Below are positions 57,205 to 64,000 of a DNA stretch of 64,000 nucleotides, in pieces. How positions within the stretch are numbered: the stretch's first letter is position 1; every line of letters starts with the position of its first letter. Source of the DNA: Acutalibacteraceae bacterium (lineage in GTDB: Bacteria; Bacillota; Clostridia; Oscillospirales; Acutalibacteraceae); contig JAZODA010000055.1 of assembly GCA_045596745.1 (NCBI GenBank), positions 6,772-70,771 of the forward strand. The letters are read 5' to 3'. Under the pieces are notes generated by a model, which saw nothing but the letters and a program-made list of their open reading frames with translations, did not search any database and was not told where the DNA came from. A program made the position numbers and the translations under genes.

Positions 57205-57975
57205 ATGAAGATTTTATGTGTCGGTGATGTTGTCGGTTCGGCCGGCTGCCGTCATCTTGAGCGGGTGCTGCCGACGATCAAGCGGCAGTATGCGGTGGAT
57301 GTCTGCATCGTCAACGGCGAAAACTCCGCGGATGGGAACGGTATTCTGCCGTCCTCGGCGCAGTCGCTGTTTCAGTTCGGCGCGGACGTTGTGACGACCG
57401 GCAATCATGTGTTTCATCGTCGCGAGATTTATGACACGCTGGAGGAGAAAAACGGTGTCGTTCGCCCGGCAAACTTTCCTGCCTCGGCGCCCGGTTGCGG
57501 TGTGTTTGTGGTGGATAAAGGACGGTATCAGGTGGCGGTTATCAACCTGATGGGACAGGTGTATATGGACACGCTGGCGTGCCCGTTTGAGACACTGGAC
57601 GCACTGCTTTCGGACAACTCGTTGCCGCGTTGCCGTATTGTGGATTTCCACGCGGAAGCGACAGCGGAGAAAAAGGCGCTTGCCTATTATGCCGACGGTC
57701 GCATCAGCGCGTTGTTCGGCACTCATACGCACGTGCAAACCGCCGATGAGCAGATTCTGCCGGGTGGCACAGGCTTTATTTCGGATGTGGGTATGACAGG
57801 ACCGACGGCTTCGGTTTTGGGCATCCGTCCCGAGCTGGCGGTGGAGAAAATGCGCAGCAAAATGCCGGTGCGTTTTGCGGTGGCGGAAGGGCCGTGCTGT
57901 ATGGATGCGGTGCTGCTTACGATTGATCCCGCGAGCGGCAAAACCACAGCGATTGAGCGACTGCGCATCGAGTAA
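57205..57975 (+). CDS. ymdB: YmdB-family metallophosphoesterase (2',3'-cyclic-nucleotide phosphodiesterase type)
   Basis: MKILCVGDVVG...NGENSADGNG...TGNH..., and the conserved position after rny. Confidence 0.85.
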   Translation: MKILCVGDVVGSAGCRHLERVLPTIKRQYAVDVCIVNGENSADGNGILPSSAQSLFQFGADVVTTGNHVFHRREIYDTLEEKNGVVRPANFPASAPGCGVFVVDKGRYQVAVINLMGQVYMDTLACPFETLDALLSDNSLPRCRIVDFHAEATAEKKALAYYADGRISALFGTHTHVQTADEQILPGGTGFISDVGMTGPTASVLGIRPELAVEKMRSKMPVRFAVAEGPCCMDAVLLTIDPASGKTTAIERLRIE

Positions 57976-57981
57976 AATATC

Positions 57982-58010
57982 TTGCCTTTTTTTGCAAAAA
58001 ATGCTATACT
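57982..58010 (+). promoter_or_regulatory. Sigma-A-type promoter for tepA-ftsK
   Basis: TTGCCT - 17 nt - TGcTATACT (extended -10). Confidence 0.5.
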
Positions 58011-58077
58011 GACTATAGGTGTACGGTTGAGTATGTTTTGCCTGTTTTCGGTCACAATAGTTTCCGGAGGCGATGAA

Positions 58078-58785
58078 ATGGCAAAGCAGCATACGCAGAC
58101 GGTCGAAGCCGATGAAAAGCGTCCTGCACAGGTTCTGCAACAGGATTTGAAGGACGTTGTGGAAAACGGTTCGGTCACCACCGAAGGTGGTCGGCACACC
58201 ATTCATTGTCTGACGATTATCGGGCAGATTGAAGGGCATTACGCCCTGCCGAGCGATAACAAAACCACCAAGTATGAGCATGTTCTGCCGCAACTGATTG
58301 CCATTGAGGAAAGCCGCGATATTCAGGGGCTGCTGATTCTGCTGAACACCGTGGGCGGCGATATCGAGGCAGGGCTGGCCTTGGCGGAGATGATTTCCGG
58401 TATGACGAAACCGACGGTTTCGCTCGTGCTGGGTGGGGGACATTCCATCGGCGTGCCGTTGGCGGTGTCCGCCAAGCGTTCTTTTATCGCGCCGTCTGCG
58501 ACGATGACGATTCATCCGGTGCGGATTAACGGTCTCGTGTTGGGCGTGCCGCAGGCGTTTTTGCATTTTCAACGAATGCAGGAACGCATCATTCGCTTCG
58601 TTACCGAACATTCGCGCATTTCGCACGATGCGTTTTTGCAGTTGTGTATGAAAACGGATGAAATGACCACCGATATGGGGAGCGTGCTGGATGGTACTGC
58701 CGCCGTGGAGGTGGGGCTCATCGACGAGTTGGGGTCGCTGTCGGATGCGCTGGCAGCTCTGCACGAAATGATTGATGCAAAATAG
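58078..58785 (+). CDS. tepA: ClpP-like/TepA-family protein (translocation-enhancing protein type)
   Basis: ClpP-fold pattern ([22 protein letters not shown]..., MTIHP). Position upstream of ftsK/spoIIIE as in Bacillus. Confidence 0.6.
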   Translation: MAKQHTQTVEADEKRPAQVLQQDLKDVVENGSVTTEGGRHTIHCLTIIGQIEGHYALPSDNKTTKYEHVLPQLIAIEESRDIQGLLILLNTVGGDIEAGLALAEMISGMTKPTVSLVLGGGHSIGVPLAVSAKRSFIAPSATMTIHPVRINGLVLGVPQAFLHFQRMQERIIRFVTEHSRISHDAFLQLCMKTDEMTTDMGSVLDGTAAVEVGLIDELGSLSDALAALHEMIDAK

Positions 58786-58835
58786 CTTTTTCTTGCCGCT
58801 TTTGCGGTATTACATACAGAGAGGTGGGTCACGCG

Positions 58836-61271
58836 GTGGCTCAAAAACGACGGACTACAACCAAAAAGAAGACATCCTCCGGCAGAAGCACCACATCGGC
58901 GAAGGGTGGAGCGAAGCACGGTAAGCAGTCGAACGCGGCGGCGCAAAATGCCAAGCGTCAGACGAAGGCGGTGCTGCTGTTTGCTGTGGCGATTTTGATG
59001 TTCTGCTTGGCCATCATTCCCAGCGGCAGCTTGTGGGGTACGCTTCGTTCCTTGCTGCTCGGCTTCTTTGGCTTGGGCGCTTATGTCGTGCCGTTTTTGG
59101 TGGCATACATCGCGGTTGTCCGCGCGCTGGAACGGCCGTCGGAAAAGGCCAAGGCCATCATCTGGCAAAGCTCGACGTTGTTGCTTCTGCTGAGCACGAC
59201 GGTGCAGATTTTTATTCAGGACGTTGCAACCATCTCTTACGACCAGGCGCTGATTGCTGCCTATCGTGCCGGTGGACTCTCCAGTGGCGCCGGTGCATTC
59301 GGTACGTTGCTCGGATATTGGCTGGAGCAGTGGTTCACCGATATCGGTGCCAAGGTTATCATTATTCTGCTCCTGTTTGTGTTCTTTATGGTTGTTACGG
59401 GCACTACTATCGTGGCGCTGCTCAAGACGCTGTGGAAGCCGGTACATAAGACCACCGAGTCGCTCACGACGGCGGTGGAATCGGGATTCCAGCGCAAGAA
59501 GAAAGAACAAAAAATCGACGTGGAACTGGATGGCGAAGAGCCTCCCGTTGTGAAAGAAGAACCGGTTGTGGAAGTGCAGCCGGAGCCTGCGCCGGCGTTC
59601 GATAAGGTCGCTGAGGGCGTTGCCGAGATGGATGAGCCGGAAGAGGAAGAGATTCCGTTGCCGAGCGAAGCACCTGCGGAAGAGACTGAGCAGCCTGCTG
59701 AGCCGGAAGAAGAGTACGAAGAAGAAATCGAAGCGGAGATTGAGCCGGTTATCGAAGAGACCGAAGCCCCTGTGGTGGTGCCGGCAGAATATCGTTTCCC
59801 GCCGCTGACGCTGCTTAACGAATCCAAAGCGTCGGATAACGCCGCTGCGGCGCGCGAACAGAGCTCGACTGCCGAGCTGCTCACGCAGACGCTTAAGGAA
59901 TTCGGCGTTAACGCGAAAGTGATTGATGTGTCCCGCGGCCCGACGGTTACCCGTTACGAGCTGCAGCCCAGTGCAGGCGTGAAAATCAGCCGTATTACCG
60001 GCTTGTCGGATGATATTGCACTTCGTCTGGCAACCACCGGCGTGCGTATCGAAGCGCCGATTCCGAACAAAGCGGCGGTCGGTATCGAAGTGCCGAACCG
60101 TGTTTCTGGTTCGGTCGGTCTGCGTGAATTGATTGATTCCCGTGAATTTTCGTCGGCGGAAAGCAAACTGACGGTGGCGCTCGGTAAGGATATCGCCGGT
60201 CAGATTGTACTCGCTGACCTTGCGAAGATGCCGCACTTGTTGATTGCAGGTACGACAGGTTCCGGTAAATCGGTGTGTACCAACTCGATGATTCAGAGTA
60301 TTCTGTTCCGCGCACGTCCCGATGAAGTGCGTATGCTGCTCATCGACCCGAAACAGGTCGAATTCGGCATTTACAACGGCATTCCGCATCTGCTGACGCC
60401 GGTCGTTACCGATCCGCGCAAGGCGGCGGGTGCGCTGGGTTGGGCGGTCAACGAAATGCTGCGCCGCTACCAGTTGTTCTCTGCCAACAATGTGCGTGAT
60501 ATCGGCACGTATAACGAGATGGCCCAGAAAACCGAAACGATGGAACGCCTGCCGCAGGTGCTGATTGTTATTGACGAGTTGGCGGACTTGATGATGGTTG
60601 CCGCCAACGCGGTGGAAAGCAACATCTGCCGTCTGGCACAGATGGCGCGTGCCGCCGGTATGCATCTGGTCATTGCGACCCAGCGTCCGTCGGTGGACGT
60701 TATCACCGGTCTTATCAAGGCAAACATTCCGTCGCGTCTGGCACTGACGGTGGCTTCCGCTGTGGACTCGCGTACGATTCTGGATGCGGGCGGTGCGGAA
60801 AAGCTGCTGGGTAAGGGCGATATGTTGTTTATGCCGGTTGGCTTTGCCAAGCCGATGCGTGTACAGGGTTGCTTCGTCGGCAACCGCGAAGTGGAGTCGG
60901 TGGTGGAGTTCCTCAAGTCCACCGAATCCCAGCAGTATGACGAGGCGGTGGAGCAGGAGATTATCCGTCTGGCTCAGACTACCGAGAAAACGAACAGCCG
61001 TGGCGACGCGGATGACGAGGATGCCGAAGCCGGTGGCGGCGACGAGATGCTGCCGCAGGCAATCGAAGTGGTGGTGGAAGCCGGTATGGCGTCGACCTCG
61101 CTGCTTCAGCGCAAACTGCGTCTGGGATACGCCCGTGCCGGCCGTATCATCGACGAAATGGAAACGCGCGGCATCATCGGCCCGCACGAGGGCAGTAAAC
61201 CTCGTCAGGTGCTGATTACGCGTCAGCAGTGGCTGGAAATGAATATGAATCGTCCCGATGATGAAACATAA
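58836..61271 (+). CDS. ftsK: DNA translocase FtsK/SpoIIIE
   Basis: N-terminal TMs, acidic/Pro linker, motor domain ([21 protein letters not shown]), gamma domain ([23 protein letters not shown]). Start could be GTG 58824 or 58836. Confidence 0.9.
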   Translation: MAQKRRTTTKKKTSSGRSTTSAKGGAKHGKQSNAAAQNAKRQTKAVLLFAVAILMFCLAIIPSGSLWGTLRSLLLGFFGLGAYVVPFLVAYIAVVRALERPSEKAKAIIWQSSTLLLLLSTTVQIFIQDVATISYDQALIAAYRAGGLSSGAGAFGTLLGYWLEQWFTDIGAKVIIILLLFVFFMVVTGTTIVALLKTLWKPVHKTTESLTTAVESGFQRKKKEQKIDVELDGEEPPVVKEEPVVEVQPEPAPAFDKVAEGVAEMDEPEEEEIPLPSEAPAEETEQPAEPEEEYEEEIEAEIEPVIEETEAPVVVPAEYRFPPLTLLNESKASDNAAAAREQSSTAELLTQTLKEFGVNAKVIDVSRGPTVTRYELQPSAGVKISRITGLSDDIALRLATTGVRIEAPIPNKAAVGIEVPNRVSGSVGLRELIDSREFSSAESKLTVALGKDIAGQIVLADLAKMPHLLIAGTTGSGKSVCTNSMIQSILFRARPDEVRMLLIDPKQVEFGIYNGIPHLLTPVVTDPRKAAGALGWAVNEMLRRYQLFSANNVRDIGTYNEMAQKTETMERLPQVLIVIDELADLMMVAANAVESNICRLAQMARAAGMHLVIATQRPSVDVITGLIKANIPSRLALTVASAVDSRTILDAGGAEKLLGKGDMLFMPVGFAKPMRVQGCFVGNREVESVVEFLKSTESQQYDEAVEQEIIRLAQTTEKTNSRGDADDEDAEAGGGDEMLPQAIEVVVEAGMASTSLLQRKLRLGYARAGRIIDEMETRGIIGPHEGSKPRQVLITRQQWLEMNMNRPDDET

Positions 61272-62223
61272 GCTTGGCAAGTACAAAAAGCCGCTGATTG
61301 TGTGCGTATCGATTCTGCTGTCGGTGGTGCTTCTCTTCAGTGTGCTGGTCACGGTGAGTGACGTGTACGACTTGGGATTTCTTCCGACGTGGAACGACAT
61401 TTTCGCGTCAGCCGGGTTGTCCGAGCCGAAGACGTCCGAGAATGAACTGCGCGTCACTTTCTTCAACGTCGGCAACGCCGATTGCACCTTGATTCAAACC
61501 GGCGAATATACGGCGCTGATTGATGCGGGTGATCACGAGGATGGCGGCAAATTGGTTGAGACACTGCGTCTCTCGGGTATCGAACGGCTGGATGTGGTGA
61601 TTGCCACGCATATGGATGCCGACCACATCGGTGGTATGGCGGACATTGTTCGGGCGTTTGATGTGGGTTCGTTCCTGACTTCACCGATAGACGATGGCGC
61701 TACACGCGATAACCGTGTGTACGAAAACCTTATGACAGCGTTGGAAGAAAAGGCGATTGCCATAACCACTGCCAAGGTGGGCAATGTCGTATCGATAGGG
61801 AAAGCCCGACTGGAGGTGCTCAGCGGTCGGCGTTTGTTTGAAAGCGGCAACGATAATTCGATTGTGTGTCGGCTGGCGTTCGGGGAGCATGCGTTCCTGT
61901 TTATGGGTGATGTCAGCAAAACCGTCGAATGCAATTTGCTCAATGACGGCGCCAATGTTGAGGCGGATGTCATTAAGTTGGCGCATCACGGCAGCAACAC
62001 TTCCAGCGATGAGCGGCTTATCCGTCGTGCGGCAGCGCGGTATGCGGTGATTACCTGCGGCGGAAAGCAGGAGCAAGTTGAGCTTTTACAAGAGACACTC
62101 GAAACGCTCGCGGAGTATTCGGTTGTTCCGTTCCGCAGCGATCTTCACGGAGATATTGTTTTTATCAGTGACGGTGAAACGCTTACCGTCGAGACCGAGT
62201 GGCAGGTCGGAAATGCCGCATAA
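61258..62223 (+). CDS. Membrane-anchored MBL-fold hydrolase (ComEC C-terminal-domain-like)
   Basis: N-terminal TM; [25 protein letters not shown] motifs. Confidence 0.75.
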   Translation: MMKHKLGKYKKPLIVCVSILLSVVLLFSVLVTVSDVYDLGFLPTWNDIFASAGLSEPKTSENELRVTFFNVGNADCTLIQTGEYTALIDAGDHEDGGKLVETLRLSGIERLDVVIATHMDADHIGGMADIVRAFDVGSFLTSPIDDGATRDNRVYENLMTALEEKAIAITTAKVGNVVSIGKARLEVLSGRRLFESGNDNSIVCRLAFGEHAFLFMGDVSKTVECNLLNDGANVEADVIKLAHHGSNTSSDERLIRRAAARYAVITCGGKQEQVELLQETLETLAEYSVVPFRSDLHGDIVFISDGETLTVETEWQVGNAA

Positions 62224-62316
62224 CAACAGAAGATCAACAGGTATCGGCGACGGTGCTTGTGGTCGATATAGTGTAAGCGGAAGCAATTCTGTGCACAAAA
62301 GAAAGGATGGTAACAC

Positions 62317-62478
62317 ATGAAAAAGGCACTGGCTATTATCGCGGCTCTGGCTGCAATCGGCGGCGCGCTGTGGATTATCCTGCGCAAGCTGAAGGAGCGT
62401 AAGCTTCTGATGTCCGAAGAGTTTGATGATGAGGAAACCATCATCATCGAGGACGAAGAAGAGGCGAAGGCGGAGTAA
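62317..62478 (+). CDS. Small single-TM protein with an acidic tail, 53 aa (not in the ORF track)
   Basis: ATG after GAAAGGATGG. MKKALAIIAALAAIGGALWIILRKLKERKLLMSEEFDDEETIIIEDEEEAKAE. Its stop overlaps the tcdA start (TAATG). Confidence 0.45.
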   Translation: MKKALAIIAALAAIGGALWIILRKLKERKLLMSEEFDDEETIIIEDEEEAKAE

Positions 62479-63194
62479 TGATAGGGGAAACCCTGTCACG
62501 CACGGCGCTACTGCTGGGTGAAGAGGCGATACAACGCCTTGTCGGCAGTCGCGTGGCGGTGTTTGGCATCGGCGGTGTTGGCGGCCATACTGCGGAAGCG
62601 TTGGCACGTAGCGGCGTCGGTGCGCTGGATTTGTTTGACAACGATACGGTGTCGTTGTCCAATATCAATCGTCAAATCGTTGCGCTGCACAGCACGGTCG
62701 GTCGCTTCAAGACTGAGGTGATGGCAGAGCGCATTCGTGACATTCGTCCCGAAACGATTGTGACGGAACACCGCTGTTTTTTCCTGCCTGAGAATGCGGA
62801 ACAATACGATTTTTCGCAGTACGATTTCATTGTGGATGCCGTGGATACGGTATCTGCTAAGCTTGCTATTGCCGAAAAAGCGCTGGAGGCAGGTGTACCG
62901 GTTATCAGTTGTATGGGGACGGGGAACAAGCTTGACCCATCGCTATTGCAGCTGACCGACATTTCAAAAACCTCCGGATGTCCGCTGGCGCGTGTGATGC
63001 GGCGAGAATTGCGGGCGCGTGGGATAGAGCATCTGCAGGTGCTGTATTCTACCGAACCTGTACAACCTCACCGTATGGCCGACACCGAGACCAAAGGCGC
63101 GCATCCCGTGCCGGGAAGCACCGCATTTGTGCCGTCGGTAGCCGGTCTGATGATCGCCGCCGAGGTAGTGAAAACGTTGGCAAAAACCGAATGA
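62478..63194 (+). CDS. tcdA: tRNA threonylcarbamoyladenosine dehydratase (ThiF/E1-like)
   Basis: GIGGVGG nucleotide loop, DNDTVSLSNINRQ, VDAVDT. Confidence 0.85.
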   Translation: MIGETLSRTALLLGEEAIQRLVGSRVAVFGIGGVGGHTAEALARSGVGALDLFDNDTVSLSNINRQIVALHSTVGRFKTEVMAERIRDIRPETIVTEHRCFFLPENAEQYDFSQYDFIVDAVDTVSAKLAIAEKALEAGVPVISCMGTGNKLDPSLLQLTDISKTSGCPLARVMRRELRARGIEHLQVLYSTEPVQPHRMADTETKGAHPVPGSTAFVPSVAGLMIAAEVVKTLAKTE

Positions 63195-63196
63195 AC

Positions 63197-63235
63197 AAAG
63201 CCCCCATCCGAACGGATGGGGGCTTTGCTGTTTTT
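63197..63235. terminator. Bidirectional intrinsic terminator
   Basis: AAAGCCCCCAUCCG-AA-CGGAUGGGGGCUUU followed by GCUGUUUUU. Confidence 0.85.
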
Positions 63236-64000
63236 AGCAGCCGCAGTGGTCGTCGCCTTTGGGCGGGAAGAACTCGTCTACGGGGAAACACATTTTTTTG
63301 AACATATCGCAGGGGTTTTCGGTGTTCGCGCAGCATTCCTTGGATGGCATACAGAAGTCGTAAATCGGCATCAGCATTTGCACGTTGCGGATGAGCTGTA
63401 CGATGGTGAAGATACCGAGCGACACCAGAACCAGTTTGTTGCACTGTTCCACAAAGTTGCCGCCGTACTCCTCGCAAACGCAAGCGGGGATGCAGGACGA
63501 AGCGCAATCGCAGCGACAACCGCATTCGCAGCGTTCCACCAGACGCGCCGCCAGCACGACAGGCTCAGCCACCTGCACGCAGCAGCGCGGCATATTGCGA
63601 GTGGGCATTTCCTGGTGATGGTCGCACTGTTCGGGGGTGAACTCGCTGGTAAACACCTTGACGTTACCCTCGCTGCCGAACAGAATCACCTTTTTCTGGA
63701 ACATCGCGACACCGCGTACGATGCAGCAGCCCGTGCCGTGGCCGGAGTATACCTCCAGTGTGACGCCGAAGAAGAAGGTGATGTCGCAAGAGTAGTAGCC
63801 GCGGTTGAACGGCAATGCTTCAACATCGATATAGGTGTTGATAACCTCTGCCTTTTTGGCACGGATGCTGACGGCGTGGTCGATTACCATCTGGTCGCGT
63901 TCGGTGAAGAACAGGCGCAGATCTTCCAGGCAGTCTTTATCGGAGCAGCTGTCATAGACGCGGCCCGCATCCACGCATACGGCTTCTTTACAACCGTTGT
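63234..64000 (-). CDS. Cysteine-rich hypothetical protein (N-terminus may lie beyond the window end)
   Basis: Open frame continues upstream of the listed GVal start to position 64000 (..NGCKEAVCVDAGRVYDSC..). I count 24 Cys in the 246 listed residues, including CECGCRCDC...CIPACVC and a C-terminal CC...C...C...CGC. Confidence 0.5.
   Translation of the reverse strand, partial: NGCKEAVCVDAGRVYDSCSDKDCLEDLRLFFTERDQMVIDHAVSIRAKKAEVINTYIDVEALPFNRGYYSCDITFFFGVTLEVYSGHGTGCCIVRGVAMFQKKVILFGSEGNVKVFTSEFTPEQCDHHQEMPTRNMPRCCVQVAEPVVLAARLVERCECGCRCDCASSCIPACVCEEYGGNFVEQCNKLVLVSLGIFTIVQLIRNVQMLMPIYDFCMPSKECCANTENPCDMFKKMCFPVDEFFPPKGDDHCGC

Noticed and set aside
1-64000. CRISPR arrays, IS elements/transposases, prophage genes, toxin-antitoxin pairs, restriction-modification or other known defence modules.
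   Set aside because: I scanned all listed ORFs and intergenic regions by eye and found none. Every multi-kb stretch is accounted for by housekeeping, sporulation or metabolic genes.

Overview
This looks like a chromosomal core segment of a GC-rich, endospore-forming Clostridia-type Firmicute. That inference rests on gene content (spoVM, a SipL/SpoVID-like gene, ytfI/ytfJ, a dacB-like gene, stp/prkC, scpAB) and cannot be confirmed without a database search. There are about 60 protein genes, almost all on the + strand. There are four stand-alone tRNA genes (Pro-GGG, Ser-GGA, Leu-GAG, Thr-UGU) and many clean intrinsic terminators. Gene blocks in order: AAC(3)-family acetyltransferase and the tRNA-Pro locus; cyclase; asnA; tRNA-Ser and rpmE; yigZ; dgt-dnaG-rpoD; tRNA-Leu; MarR plus a two-gene ABC exporter; M20 amidohydrolase; a Thr-rich lipoprotein Tyr-phosphatase; AraC plus GPH symporter plus GH2 plus an AraL/AraM-like pair; a minus-strand block (small membrane protein, tRNA-Thr, pncB, ppa, rpmB); M50 protease-scpA-scpB-ytfI-ytfJ-D,D-carboxypeptidase-rluB; a biotin transcarboxylase-like trio; the conserved yicC-remA-gmk-rpoZ-priA-def-fmt-Zn peptidase-rsmB-rlmN-stp-prkC-rsgA string, followed by two unlisted small ORFs (one is spoVM) and a SipL-like gene; M3 peptidase plus an orphan family-5 binding protein; a lower-GC orphan membrane gene; rny-ymdB-tepA-ftsK; MBL/ComEC-like gene; tcdA; and a Cys-rich ORF cut by the window end. 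I saw no CRISPR array, IS/transposase, integrase, prophage or recognisable defence or toxin module, and I do not find a convincing new multi-gene system. The items most worth a second look are: (1) the tRNA-Pro locus with direct and inverted copies of its own sequence around terminator-flanked structured segments; (2) a compact, divergent carboxyltransferase + BCCP + 5S-type cluster with a promoter-spanning palindrome; (3) unlisted spoVM and a 48-aa membrane ORF with a sigma-E-type promoter for the SipL-like gene; (4) the lower-GC orphan membrane gene and the unexplained structured spacer next to it; (5) the long rny leader; (6) the Cys-rich ORF. All coordinates, start-codon choices and motif calls were made by eye, and no searches or folding programs were run.
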